Notes: generated from the sequence alone by a model not told the origin. 64,000 nt of DNA from Octopus sinensis (GCF_006345805.1 NC_042998.1:14012001-14076000), one strand, 5' to 3'; numbered from the stretch's first letter, positions 1 to 14,659 are shown. A program made the numbers and translations.

Positions 1-21
1 CTACATAAATAATAGTGGTGT

Positions 22-383
22 AAATATTTGGCACAAGGCCAGCAATTTCAGAGGAGGGCGTAAGTCGATTATATCGACCCAATTGTTCAGTTGGTACTTA
101 TTTTATTGAACCCAACGTGATCGGCGGAATTTCAAATGAGAATGTACAGCAGGAAGAAAAGCAACATTTTTGCACAGGGCCAGAAGATTTTAAGGGCAAA
201 GAAAAATCGATTACATCGGCCCAAGTACTTGAATGGTGCGTATTTTATCGACCGTTGCAAGGAGGACAAAGAAGAAAAACAAATCAATCTTGGCGGAATT
301 GGAACTGAAAGTGTAAAGGCAGACGAAATAACGCTACGATTTTTGCCCGTCGTACTAATGATTCTACCAGCTCGATACCTTTA
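22..383 (-). mobile_element. Two adjacent decayed copies of tRNA-derived SINE type A
   Basis: The reverse complement matches the repeat seen intact at 62789-62999 (ggcggaatt-gaact B-box region, gtcgattacatcg, ggcacaagg tail). The copies lie at about 22-160 and 165-383. Confidence 0.75.
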
Positions 384-1814
384 CGATGAATCTAATAAAA
401 TTTTCTAATATGAGGATAAGGTCAAAACAGGAGATAGAGAAAAAAGAGAGTGAATGGGGAAATTATCCCATGAGATCCAGACTATTATCCTCTTCTTTAA
501 ATTATCGAAACGAAAAGAGGGAAGGCAAGCTGACCTCAAGAAATAAGTGTTATAACTAAATTCCACGAGTTATTTTCTCCGACGAGTCATTTGCTCCAAC
601 GCGTAATTTGCTCTCACCTTACGGCTACTTCAACATCATCTTCGTATACATGATACAAGTTCTTGACGGAGGTACAGTGCCAGAAAATTCAGATAAGAAA
701 TACAGTAACTGATATCGCACCTAGTATTTGACAGGCACTTTATTTATGAACACCCAGGTACAATAGGCATATTTGGTTTGGTTAGGATTTACACCCAAGA
801 TTTAAAGAGAATATAGGGCAAAATTGCTTATCTTGTGCTCTAGTACTTTCGCTAATATTTCGCCTTCAACACGTAGAAGATAATGATTTCTAATTTAAGA
901 AACCGGTCAGCAATGTTTAGAAGAGAACGTTAGCCGACACCATCAACTTCGGTAGTTGAGAAGTACTTTATTTTAGCGAAGAAGAATGCATGAATTGCAT
1001 GTGACCTGGTCAGAATATGAACTCAACAAAAGAGCTAGAACAGATAAGAAAATGCTCTTTTATTTGACTTTATAACGAATTAGCCAATCCACCGCCTCAT
1101 ATATTTTTATCAACTATAAACACAATACTCGAACTCTAGTGGCAGGAAAACAGTCGATTATATTGACCCTAGGATTCAAATGGGGCTAATGTCATCAGCC
1201 TCCAAAGTATAAAAGTCTTAGTCGACTTCGATGAATTAAATTCAGGCAAAATGTTAGCAGTAACAAATAGAAACGCACTGAAGTTTAGCAACAACTTATA
1301 AAATGGTTAAGAAATATAGTTTCTTATACATCTATCTAGACACTGTTATGCTGCCATAAAGCAAAAAAAAAAAAAAATGTAACTGAATGATATTTGTTCG
1401 ATTTTTGTTCAAATATATATTCTCATCGTTATATGCCCCCTTCTGATTAACATCACAGTAGCGACACGTTTGGCAACAAATGGAAACAAAAACAATTTTT
1501 CTTCCTTTATTTCTATTATAACTTACTAAAGTTTGGCCACAGTTCAGCACTAGTGGTAAAACATTCATTCATACTTTAAGTACACCAGACGTCCAGTCTG
1601 TTAATAAGATTTTGTTTTTTTATTCTTAGGCAATTTTTCAGGAAAAAAAAATCTATCAGAATAAAAAATATGGTTCGATATAAATATTGCACTGATAAGT
1701 ATGAAGTTCTCAATAGACTAAAAAATGTTAATTTATTTATATTATAATACATTAAAAGTAAATCATAATACATGATATAAGTTGCCGGCATCGATTATAC
1801 TCAAGGAAATATTG

Positions 1815-1817
<3 letters not shown>

Positions 1818-1866
<49 letters not shown>

Positions 1867-1877
1867 GTAGTAGTAGT

Positions 1878-1915
<38 letters not shown>

Positions 1916-1916
1916 T
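1818..1916. repeat. (TAT)n/(TAG)n compound microsatellite
   Basis: Directly visible; it may be the tail of the adjacent minus-strand repeat. Confidence 0.95.
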
Positions 1917-2385
1917 TGAGTGAGAGAGCAGAGCATGTCATCAAAGTGATACTGGGTACAAATATACGAAGCCCAGTATACCTATCATGACTACCCGTCT
2001 GATAAGAGTACACCAGGCACATGCATCACAACCATATCTGCGCGATATGGTGATCTCGTATCAAGATAAGCAGCGCATAAATTTGCAATTGCGGCCCCCG
2101 TCCAAAAGGTCAGTAAATGCAGGTAACTTAAGGATGTCGAACAAAACACCCATGTTTCCAGAGATTAATTACTCAAACACCAAAGAATTCTTCTCAACAC
2201 ATGGCTATGTCTACTCGTGATCAAGGATGCATATATTCTCAGCCACTAAGGGACATGCTCATCTGATTAAGGTCCCATAATTGACAAGGAAATCTGTGAT
2301 ATTGGGCAGAACATTTGCTGTAGTCCATCTTTATACCAAGCCAAAACAATAGACATGACAACACTCCCAATCAGGGCATCGTTAT
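1917..2385 (-). mobile_element. Probable retroposon 3' region ending in the (CTA)n(ATA)n tail
   Basis: A GC-elevated non-coding block abuts the trinucleotide tract, as non-LTR 3' tails do. There is no second copy in the window, so the family is unassigned. Confidence 0.35.
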
Positions 2386-3300
2386 TATTAGTATTATTAT
2401 TGTTGTTATTAGTATCATCATCATCAACAACATTATTATATTTTCACGCGCACACACGCACAAACACACATATTGTAGTGAATCATTGACGAAAGTGTGA
2501 AGTACATTGAATCAAATTCTCGACAGACTTACCCATGCCAAAACAAATATCAGGCATTTCTGTCCCTAACATGATCCAGACATAGCTACTAATAAAGATA
2601 TAATTTGCTTATATTTTTCCTCGTAGCATAGATTTCAGTAATTTTCAAAATTTTCATATTTTAGCGCAATTTTGCCCCAAATGCAGTTCTTTTTGTATCA
2701 TTTAGTTGAATCAAACCAGAGGTGCTCTTTCTTGTAAAAACTCTATTTTCATCGTCCTGAGTAACTTAAACCTCTTGGTAGAAACAATTTGCATCAGTGC
2801 GGTGTTAACATATATATATATCTTTTGTCTTATTGTTTGCCAGTTGTAAGTCAGATGTTGACTTTTTATCGTTATTCTGCAACCGTTATTCGTAGTACGA
2901 AATTACCTTTCACTAAAAATCGCAAACTCCCAGCGAAAGTCGATAGTAAATGTGAAATAGAATTCGTTGTGGCCGCTGTATTACTGTATGACGCGAAGCA
3001 CCTTTTTCTTATTAAGAAACCAGGAACAATGAATAGCTAGCGGTCTGCGTAAATATCCGAAGCCAGTGATACACTACCAAGTGAATTCATACATTAAAAA
3101 AGCACGTAATTTCTCTATAATTTACCCTTGTATATATTCAGGGGATCGCTTTTATATATGAACATATGTGTTATGAAATTCACAGTTTCATAATATATAA
3201 TTTGGTGCTTATGTATTCTTTATGTTTTATTAGCTTTTGACACATTCATTGTAAACTGTGACATACCAGTTAAACTATACGCGCGGAAAATGGAACATTA

Positions 3301-3557
3301 CCCTTTTACTCTTTTACTTGTTTCTGTCATTTTGGTGCGACCATGGTGAAGCAACGCCTTTATTCCAGAAATCGACCCCAGAACTTATTCTTTGGATGCC
3401 TAGTATTATTTTAACGGTCTCTTTTGCCGAACCGCTACGTTACGGGGACGTAAACACACGACCATTGGTTGTCAGGCGATGTTGGGGTACAAACACATAC
3501 ACACAATCATATACACAAACACACATAAACACACACACACACACACATATATATATA

Positions 3558-3597
<40 letters not shown>

Positions 3598-3809
3598 TGG
3601 AGGCGCAATGGCTTAGTGGTTAGGGCAGCGGACTCACGGTCATAGGATCGCGGTTTCGATTCCCAGACCAAGCGTTGTGAGTTTTTATTGAGCGAAAACA
3701 CCTAAAAGCACCACGAGGCTCCGGCAGGGGGTGGCGTCATTCGAAAGCTAAAACAATGCGAACGCATTGTGGCCAGCGATGTGTAACAACATCTGATGGT
3801 CTGGTTGGT

Positions 3810-3869
<60 letters not shown>

Positions 3870-4022
3870 GACGGGTGTCTTTCAGCTTCCGTCTACCAAA
3901 TCCACTAACAAGGCTTTGGTCGACCCGAGGCTATAGTAGAAGAGACTTACCCAAAATGCCACGCAGTGGGAATGAACCCAAAACCAAGTGGCTGGTAGGC
4001 AAGCTAGTTACCACACAGCCAC
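3301..4022 (-). mobile_element. Bipartite SINE type C (tRNA head + CORE-like segment, internal microsatellite, 3' half) with a nested SINE E
   Basis: The 5' half at 3866-4022 (accacacagcc head; ttccgtctaccaaatccact) and the 3' half at 3301-3520 (ttttgccgaaccgcta, cttttactcttttac tail) match copies at 40220-40620 and 58160-58835. Confidence 0.85.
3597..3816 (+). mobile_element. tRNA-derived SINE type E, internally deleted
   Basis: A box TGGCTTAGTGG and B box GGTTTCGATTCCC; colinear with 19477-19789 except for a deletion of about 90 bp. Confidence 0.9.
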
Positions 4023-4348
4023 TTCTGATGATTATTTTTGTTGTTCTCATTTGACTCTAGTATTTGAATTCTGATTGATTTATTTCTTCATTATTTTGTT
4101 GCTACAGTTTTATATCTCTACTTTGTTAAACTTATCTCTTGATTTTGTTCCGATACAGGCTTATTAATTCATTTTTCTTTATGTCTGAATAATTTCAGAA
4201 TGGATTTAATTGAGGTCGCCATTTTCAAACTTATGTAACGATTCGATTTCAAACTATTACACATGTCTGTGCACACACCACCTGATACACATCTTAGTTT
4301 CCTTTGAGCTTGACGTGCATTTAAATATATATATATATATATATATAT

Positions 4349-4399
<51 letters not shown>

Positions 4400-4472
4400 G
4401 TATAACAAATGTTCTTATATATATGAAATGTTTTTATAAAATTATTTTAGCATTTTCTATCCTGACTTGTTT

Positions 4473-4511
<39 letters not shown>

Positions 4512-5998
4512 TGTGGAAATATACCGTGTATAATGACTATATACATACATAAATACGTACAGATATATATATAGTGAGAGAGTGAGAGGGGAGAATAGAG
4601 AAAGAGAGAGAGTGAGTGTGTGTGTGTGTGTGTGTGTCTGTGTATGTGTGTATGTGTGTGCGTGTGAGTGTGTGTGTATCACATTGAAGTAGTATTCCTG
4701 AAAGCTAAGTGGGAAAAATTCAATTGACTTGATTCTGGTATGAATCAATCAGTGTTTACAGTAAATTATACGGGAAAACAAGTTGTGTAAGGAATTTTCC
4801 TTGTGCGTATGAATTGCTATTACAGAAACAGAGATAAGTGTTTCTTTTTCTGCCTCTTTTCTGTTCCCACTTCTTTTACTTTCATTAATTATTAATTGTT
4901 CCCTCGGTCTACTTGTTCTACTCTTTAAATATATATTTAGTTCCCATCTGCGATCTGTAAGAATATTAAATGTTTCTCTTTGTAAATGCTGAGCTTACTA
5001 CAACAATTATCTGATTCTTACAGATATTATAGCTATTTGAATCGAACAGCCTCTAAGGAATTTCAAGATGTTTATTTACAAATGTTAGACTAACTGAACT
5101 CTGCATACTCAAAGTTATGAAAACATTTAGAACGATATCCTAGCTGTATATTTTTTTTATTTATTTCCATAGCTATCATCAACTCGAAATTTTCTCGATA
5201 AAAAATATCATTAAATATTTATATAACTACATTAATTTCTAACAGAAAATTTCGTAAATATTAATCATGGAAAGCAATCTTCATATTCTTCAGACACTTG
5301 ACAACTAATCGAATCGCGTAATTAGAATTTTAAATGAATTTTACAGTGTTAACTCTACGCCATTTCCAAAGATGTAAACTAAAATCTTAACAAAAATTAT
5401 GTCCAAAATTTTCCACTTGGCATCATCTGCTGTCTTCTACAGTTTTATATATCAACATTACAGAAACTCTCTCATAAAATTGTCGCTTCCTGTATATTTA
5501 TAGTTAATGGAGTTTGTCATACTATTTCTAGTGCTCGGAGTATGTTGCTTCTGAATTCGTGAATAGTCAGTGTGTAAGTGATTAAATTTTATAACAATTC
5601 CCTGGAGAATCTGTTTTATAACGATTAATAATACCTAAAGTAATACTCTGAATAGTATTATATACGTACATACACATATACATACATACAAACCTACATA
5701 TGTGAGTGTATCTATATCATATACACATATGAATATTAATTCAATATAAAAACACACTATATACACATATACATATGCATACATACATAAATGTATATAA
5801 TATATATACATATATACATATATATATAATATATATACACATATATATAGTATATGTATATACACACATATATATATATTTATCTTCATGTATATGTATA
5901 TATATATATATGTATAAGCACATGCTATATATTTATATATATATACTAATATATATATATAAGTATCTATCTGCCTGTCTGTCTGTCTATCTATCTAT

Positions 5999-6036
<38 letters not shown>

Positions 6037-6888
6037 ATATATATGGAGAGAGAACAGAGAAAGAGAGAGAGAGAGAAATAAGTTCATATATATTTCCCTA
6101 CGCGCAGTCTGCGTGAGCAACCTCCAATTGTGTTTTGTATCAGACCTGTCGTTTTCAAGTTGCAAAATGTATAAATGAGTGTCAAGGGAATAAAGTACAA
6201 ACACTACTTAGAGCAGGGAAACGACTCCCCTATCTCTCTTTAACAGGTGCAACGTTTAACTAACTTTACCTTTCTGTCCCTTCAAATGCCTTATCACACA
6301 AGTGCATTAGTAGTTTAGGAGGCTCTGTACCAAGAGACCTCCTTCTGATTCGGGCGAGATATTATTACTGTGCCCAACAACTGTTGACATTTTAGAAACG
6401 TCAACTGATGGTTCACACAGACATCATAGCCAGCATCCAAACAGAAACTAATCGACTATCAAAAAGGCATTAAAAATTTTAATATAATTTAAGTATTTTA
6501 ATAATACTTATTACTTCTTATATTATATTAAACTTTTTAATACCTTTTTGATAGTTATTAAAAAATTTAAATAAATAAATAAATATAAATATCAAAAAAT
6601 TAAAAGTTTAACAATTTATTAATTTAAAATTTAAAAAATATTAAAAAATATAAAAATTTATAAATATAAATTAAAAATTTTAAATTTAGATACTTTAATT
6701 TTAAATTTTATATTTTATATATTTTGTATATTATATTAATTAATTTATTTCTAAGTTTTGGTTTATGTTTTTCACTGTTTGATTTGCCTAATAGTGGTTT
6801 TATCTCTAATTTAATTTATATTTATACTGTGAAATTTGATTTAATCCTAAATCTAATTTTTCCCTATAAGTTTGGATTTACTCCCTAA

Positions 6889-6922
<34 letters not shown>

Positions 6923-7204
6923 TATATAGCTTAGAGATTTTGTGACAAATAACCCAGTGTAGAAAACAACTGTAATTCCAAAATAAATTGAACTTCATAT
7001 TCTAAGCTCGTATGAAGCTACAAATTGTCATTCTGATACTCAGTTATGGGTCCACTGCATCATATTCCCTAAACAGCTGTAAGCTACTGAAGTTTATAGC
7101 ATAATATGTTGTCATCTCTCTTTCTAATAAGTATATACATAAAACCTCGATGTAGGGAATTGGACATCATGAAAGTAAAGTCGCCAGCTCTATATTATTC
7201 TTTA

Positions 7205-7335
7205 TACTATTGGCACAAGGTCTGTTGATTACATCGATCCCAGTGTTTCACTAGTGCTTAATTTATCGAATCCGAAAGGATGAATGGTAAAGTCGACCTC
7301 GGCGGAATTTGAACTCAGATCGTAAAGACGGAAGA
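7205..7335 (-). mobile_element. SINE type A, partial
   Basis: Contains aaagtcgacctcggcggaatttgaactcag and gattacatcgatcccagtg, matching the other A/B copies. Confidence 0.85.
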
Positions 7336-9045
7336 CATGCCACTAACTTAGGGACGCATGATTTTTTTCAGATTTTTGTGTTAAAAGCGCCATATACATC
7401 GGAGAAAGATTATCTTCGCTACATCGACTTGCAACAAAGATAGACGCATTTTACCCATCTCACACTTGTCAACGATGGGCAACCTATTGTCACCTGCTTA
7501 TATGAGATTCGTTTGTTTTCTCTCGTGAGCCACTAGATTTTACGCAACCGAAAAACTAAGCAAGTTGATATAATATCGTGTGGTCTCCTGATTTTTAGCA
7601 TATCCATGATACTTATCAACAAACTTAATGTTTAAAATTTCCAAAGACCAGAATACAGAATTCCATTCTGCGCCACTTTGTAAGGTAGTAATAAATTTTT
7701 TCAAGGAACATACAACTGAAAACAAACAAAGAAGAATATGAATTACACGATTCAAGTTTTGTATGCAATAAGCAAATAATAAAATATTGCCCAGATTAGG
7801 CCTAGCGTACTACAATTCCAACTTTGAGGATGAAGTCTTTTTACCGGTGGGTCGCTATGCCTGTGCAGCCATGCGGGGTGCGTTTCTCATGTATGGATTC
7901 CCAAACATCGTGGATGTTTGCGTTGTGTGTATTCTTATTCATTCATCGGGGTCCATCTTGTTTGCTGCTTCGGCAATGTATGAGGATTCAGGGAAAATTA
8001 TAAAATGGTTTCGGAATTCGGGAGAAAATATCAATATCAAGTACTGGTTGCATTAATTGAGAAGAATGCTTTTCGGCATTGAGAAAAACGTAAATGTTGG
8101 TGTTCCAAAACTGAGAAACAAGTTCATACAGTGTTTTGTAGAGAATAGCCTTACGGGATATTTTGTAATATATTCTGAACAAGTGAACTTATTAATGGAA
8201 AATAACATTCTTGTATTTACAGAAGAGAGCGGGTATGATTAATATTAGTTATGGTCATTAGGATTTCAAGTAGATAATCCCAGATTAGTATACGGAACTT
8301 CATATTCTCTTGTGAGCACTATATCTTTCAGACTTTGTAGCGTGCGTAGCTACATGACGCTGTGGGATAAAGATATAGTACCAGGATAGCAAACATAGTT
8401 TCTGCTTCTTTCGAATCTATTTTAGCCCGCCTAAAATATTTAAATATTGTATCTCATATCCTCATATTTAAATATTTTTGCATGTACCGTATACTATCGT
8501 AATTGTCTTGGAAGTTTGAGATAACATAGCAACCTGATCAACATGAGCTATCAGAAACACAAAGCCCAGTTACTGATCATGTTGCAACGATCTTATTCTA
8601 CATCTTCACGTAACCAAACTCTCGAGATCTTCTTGTTGTACAAATGACATATCAACCTTTAACTATCTCATTTAATTCCTTATGAACCACAAAACCTCTG
8701 GACATCTCCTTTACCTTGTACATTCACGACCCCATTTTTAATGATAATGTAATTAGCTGAGCGTATTTAGTTCGAATAATTCAACGTAACTAACATCGCT
8801 CAGTATATTTTCCATAGGTGTAACTGCCTATGCGCGTGTCTGTTACTGTATGCGCGAATGTGTCTGGGCACATGCGTATATGTGTATCTGTATGCATATT
8901 TATGCATGCCTATATTGACACTGGACAACTAAATGGCATGTTAGAAGACACTCGCACTCCAAGATGTTCCGTAGTTTTAAAGAAAGCAAAAAAATTGTGG
9001 CTGCATATTTAACGTCTTAAATGCTCGGCCTTGCCCGCTGATATT

Positions 9046-9145
9046 AGTATGTATGTATGTATGTATGTATGTATGTATGTATGTATGTATGTATGTATTT
9101 ATGTATGTATGTATGTATGTATGTATGTATGTATGTATGTATGTA

Positions 9146-9176
<31 letters not shown>

Positions 9177-9350
9177 ATGTATGTATGTATGTATGTATGT
9201 ATGTATGTATGTATGTATGTATGTATGTATGTATGTATGTATGTATGTATGTATGTATGTATGTATGTATGTGTGTGTGTGTATGTATGTATGTATGTAT
9301 GTATGTATGTATGTTTGTATGTATGTATGTATGTATGTATGTATGTATGT
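9046..9350. repeat. (TATG)n tetranucleotide microsatellite, about 300 bp
   Basis: Directly visible; it explains the MYVC/HTYI pseudo-ORFs. Confidence 0.98.
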
Positions 9351-9352
9351 CA

Positions 9353-9677
9353 ATGTGCGTGGCTTGGGGGTTAGGGGCATTCGGTTCATGATCGTAAGCT
9401 CGTGAGTTCAATTCCCAGCGGAGCGTTGTGTCCTTGAGCAAGACACTTTATTTCACGTTGCTCCAGTCCACTCAGCTGGCAAAAATGAGTAGTACCTGTA
9501 TTTCAAAGGGTCAGCCTTGTCACACTCTGTGTCACGCTGAATCTCCCCCAGAAATACGTTAAGTGTACACGTTTTTGTGGAGTGCTCAGCCACTTACACG
9601 TTAATTTCACGAGCAAGCTGCGTTCTCTCGATCGTATCAGCTGGCACCCTCGTCGTCGCAACCGACGGAGTGCTCCT
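9353..9677 (+). mobile_element. SINE type D (tRNA head + CORE-like domain + hairpin tail)
   Basis: The tRNA-like head (gagttcaattcc) is followed by gtgtccttgagcaagacacttt, which resembles the CORE-SINE motif. The tail gtacctgtatttcaaaggg...gacggagtgc is shared with 36796-36990. Confidence 0.85.
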
Positions 9678-10618
9678 TATGTACGTATGCATGTATGTAT
9701 TTTTATTTATAAATATGAGTATATGCAAGTGTGTGCGTATGTGTGTACATGTTTGCATCATAGTAAATATATGTAATATATATAAATAGAATATATTTGT
9801 AAGTATATGCGTTTGTGTATGTGTGTGCCAATTTTAATGCGCAGCATATGCATGTGAAGTGTGTAGTTTGAATTGCGACTTCGATTATAATATAAATGTC
9901 TATGTTAATACCTCCTAAAATGCGTTTTATAGGAGAGAACTTCTTCTTGGGGCTTTCGGCATTACTTTTTATATTGAATATTGTGTTGCATTTATATCGA
10001 TGTTATTTTTATTTTATTTTATATTTGATGAAAATATTTTATATAAATTTTTTAATCAAATAAGACATTATCATATATCTTATCAACATTTTAAACATTG
10101 AGAACGAAATAGAAAAAAAAATTACTTAGATTTCTTTATATATCATTTTTGAATCTAAAATCTTACATAAAAGAAACTTTAATATCATACAATAGAAAAG
10201 TATAAATATGTTCATTGACCGAACGAATGTCATCTTAAAATTTAACCTTAACTTTTGTAATGCAAAATAGTGAGAATACTATGAATAAATCAGTTTTCTT
10301 TGTATGAAATGACCTAGAATTATTGATTAGACTTGGGTCACCTGAGATAACATCTGCCTGAAATGGAAATGAATACTACAACCGAAATTCTATAAAATCT
10401 GTTACTTCATATCCTAGAGTCAGTGGAAAGAAAACGTACAAGAATATATATATATAGCATAGAGTTATATCCACATAAAGATAGCCTACCGTATGCAAAG
10501 TATTCGCATATTACGAAAATATATTGATAGGTCTATATGCATATTCAAATGTATTAGATAGTAGTATACTGCACTACACCAAAAGTATGTATGTGTATAT
10601 ATATATATAATATATATA

Positions 10619-10683
<65 letters not shown>

Positions 10684-10970
10684 TATATAAACGCATGTGT
10701 GCATGTATACATGCGTATCAATGCATATTTTTATGTTTATCGAATTATATTAGGCATGAAACGCAAGTGCTTCATTTTATGGCTAAAAATTTCTAAGATA
10801 CGTACCTGCAAATGCAATCACATATATGCACTCACATAGAAAATCTTACACAGATACAAAGAAACTATAAATTTGAATATATAGATGAGTGTATGTATAT
10901 AGGCATGTGTTTATACATACACGCATGTGTTTATACATACACGCATGTGTTTATACATATACATACATAC

Positions 10971-11015
<45 letters not shown>

Positions 11016-11600
11016 ATAAATATGAGAATTTGTATTTTCCTCATGCAGAATTTAGTTACATAACAGATAGGGAATAATTATATTTTTTCCTATACTTGTT
11101 TTCTACCGTATTTTGAACGAATTGAAAATGGTAAGCTATCCTTGCATTAATATTCTCTTCCATAAAGTTTCTTTGTATGCTGGTTATTCCTTCAGAAATG
11201 TTACCAAAATCTTTGTCGCGATTTTCTTGAATCTCCGCATCTTATACTTTCTTCTCTCGCTATATTCATATTTCTCATCTCATTCCGCTTTTGCATTTTT
11301 ATTTTTATTAATTCTATCTTACAACTTTTATATTACTTATTCATTTCAATCAGCTTAACATAACTTTTTCCCTTTTTACAGATTCATATATTGATAGAAT
11401 TCATAAACATTTTTTAAATTCATTTTTACTTCTGAATTTAAAGCGGCATTATATGAATATAAGACAGTACTTTAAACGATACCTACAGGTATTCGTGTTC
11501 ACATGAAATATATTTATTTATTTATATGTGGATATGCATGTACGCATACAAATATGTCTATATATGTATGTATGCATATATATATATATATATATCCATA

Positions 11601-11654
<54 letters not shown>

Positions 11655-11695
11655 TATACGTGTAAATATATTTATATATGCACATATATATGTAC

Positions 11696-11775
<80 letters not shown>

Positions 11776-12122
11776 ACGTATATGTTTGCGTATACTTCTA
11801 TGTACACCACACAAGCAAACGCATACACGAATATATAGAATTAAATGCAGATATGTTTGCGTATGATACCGCACATGAATGTATGTAGGTATGTTGTGTT
11901 TGAATATGTGTAAGTATATAGATAAATACGTATATACTTACATCCACATGCTAAATTTCTTTCTTTGACCTTCAGAAATGTATAGCATACAGATATAAGA
12001 AAAAAAGAGAGAGAGATTTAATCTTTTCAGGTATGTAAGTCATGCAACTTTAATGTTACTCATCACTCTAGGTCTTCTATTTCTCCTATTTCTTCACTCT
12101 CCTCCTTCTCATCCTCATAATC

Positions 12123-12160
12123 TTAATAACAACAACAAAAACAACAACAACAGTAACAAC

Positions 12161-12192
<32 letters not shown>

Positions 12193-12357
12193 TGATGATA
12201 ATAATAATAAAATAATAATAATAATAATAATAATAATATTAATAATAATATTAATAATAACAATAATAATAGTGATAATATTAATAATGACAATAATAAT
12301 AATGATAATAATAATAACAATAATAACAGCAAGAACAACAACAACAACAACAACAAC

Positions 12358-12395
<38 letters not shown>

Positions 12396-12403
12396 TGATG
12401 ATG

Positions 12404-12440
<37 letters not shown>

Positions 12441-12545
12441 TATTACTGCTGATAATAATAACAACAAAAACTAGAGGTAGAAGAAAAGTAGATCATCATG
12501 AAGATGGTGATTATGATGATGATGATGATGATGATGAACAGAAAT
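12123..12545. repeat. Compound trinucleotide tract (AAC/AAT/GAT)n
   Basis: Directly visible; the 164-aa poly-N/poly-I ORF is an artefact of it. Confidence 0.95.
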
Positions 12546-12871
12546 AAGAATAAGAATAATCAATATTATCCCCTTATTTCTCCACCTCATCCAACTCCAC
12601 CTCATTATTATTATTATTATTATTTTTATTTTTATTAAAAGTGATGTGGTAGACACAGTTTTTGATAAGGAGGATTATGATATAGCCGTCGTCATTTGCC
12701 TTTAGTAATATGAATATTGCATAATATGTTATACTAAAAATAACAGTCGAAAGATATAAGTAAAAATATATGATTATAAAACCATAGTAATTCTTGAAAC
12801 ATGCTATATAGACGTTCGTATATAAATAAATAGATATATATATATGAATATATATACACATATATATATAC

Positions 12872-12915
<44 letters not shown>

Positions 12916-13402
12916 GAAAGCTATATATATGTATATATATGAAAGCTGATGTTCCTTCTCACAAATTTATAGTAAGTGAATTCTGAATTCTGAGACGCAA
13001 AATTCTTCTCCGTTTTTATCAACTTGATATCATCATGTGGTAATCTTTATAGCCTAAATAAGACTAAAAACATAAATTGACATACGGCTTAATATTTTTT
13101 AATCCACCTACGCTCGCGCACGCGCGCGCTCATATTGTAGCAGTTGTATGTATGTGTTAGTATAATCCTGTATGACTCTGATATATATCTGAAAGTTGTT
13201 AGTTGCCACGGACGTATCGAAGATCCTGAAAGTTGAAAATATGATGTATCATGTCCTCTGGAAAGGGAAATAGACATTATGTGCGTATTTCAATTGACAA
13301 ATATATATATAGTTCGTATTTGTGTATGGCTTGCAAGATTCTTGATGTGAATTCGTATGTTGAAAGAAATATTATTGGAACTTGGTAGGAGCATTCTGCC
13401 GG

Positions 13403-14040
13403 TAATAATAAACACACTCACTGGTTCGGTCCTTTATTCTTATTGTTCAATATTTTTCGCGTTGTTACTTCTTTTTTTTTTCAAAATAATTATTTCATCG
13501 AGGTTTTGCAATCTTTTCAGTGACACGTCTCTCTAATTCCATATCGTTTGAGCTTACGTTCCAGCGTTGGGATTTGTCCGAAATACGTCTGAGATGAATA
13601 TGTGAGTGTGTGTATGTCTGTATGGGTGCGTGTTTATACGTAAGCGTGCACATCCGTATAGTGTGTGTGGATGTTTGTGTATGTCCGTTCGTTTGTGTGT
13701 GTATGCGTGTGCATGGGTCTTACTAAGGCCTTTGCTTATTGAGAATATTTACTACTTAAAACCTGTTGTCATTCGTTTATGAAAACTGACCCTCATATCT
13801 GTTGTAATGCATAAACAGACACACATACATACACACACTCACATACTTATCTCAGAAAGCTCTCGGACAAATTCCAGCGCTGGAACGTAAGTTCAATGTA
13901 AAAAGAAGCAGAGAGATGAGTTACTGAAAAGATTGCAGCAATGCGATAAAAAATATTTATTTGACAAAAAAGAAAAAGTTACAACCCGAATAATACTGAA
14001 CAATAAGGATAAAGGACCGAACCAGGGCGTGTGATTATTA
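13403..14040. mobile_element. Foldback element with imperfect inverted arms of about 220 bp
   Basis: 13403-13620 aligns with the reverse complement of 13822-14040 (ctggttcggtcctttat, gcaatcttttcagt, cttacgttccagcg, atttgtccga, atgtgagtgtgtgtatg). Confidence 0.85.
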
Positions 14041-14077
14041 ACACTGGCATAATGCTCTTCGCAAGGTTCAATACTAC

Positions 14078-14132
<55 letters not shown>

Positions 14133-14555
14133 ATATTATATATATATATATAATATATATATGTATATATATACAACTTACAAATAAGGGCAAACGAAAA
14201 CATTTCTAATGCCAAATATGCCGAAAATTGGACATATTGTCCATTACCATATAATTTTTCACAATACGCACGCTACTTGCAAAAAGCCGACAGAAATTTC
14301 TAAAAAATTCCATTATTACCATATCGGGCCAATTTCAGGGTTAGTTCGTGAGAACCCTCCCTTCGTCAGTGATAAATGTGGCAAAGAAATAAATGAGATA
14401 CTTACTCATATCCATGGAAGAAGCAAAACGCTAAGTCATGAGCACAATTAAGTACCCCAAATACATCCAAAATAGAAATACTCCAGCCCATTCAAGACAC
14501 GTGCGACTCGAAAGGAGGCTCTCACAGAGTGAGAGATACGAAAGTGTCCACTTAA

Positions 14556-14607
<52 letters not shown>

Positions 14608-14659
14608 ATATATATATCCATATATCCATTTATGTTTGTGTGCGTGTATACAAGATTGC

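Noticed and set aside
2533-2591. Candidate minus-strand exon (YVWIMLGTEMPDICFGM) ending in a strong G|GTAAGT donor
   Set aside because: The acceptor is weak, I recognise no homology, and such sites arise by chance in 64 kb. It needs RNA-seq.
6470-6900. Extremely AT-rich block resembling a mitochondrial control region (NUMT)
   Set aside because: There are no adjacent mitochondrial tRNA, rRNA or protein sequences; low complexity is a sufficient explanation.
10905-10957. 20-bp unit repeated three times, plus similar short duplications at 12903-12948 and 29388-29430
   Set aside because: Ordinary slippage products in a repeat-rich genome.
12053-12547. 164-aa ORF with a signal-peptide-like start and poly-N/I/D tracts
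   Set aside because: Almost all of it is trinucleotide microsatellite, with no domain or splice support.
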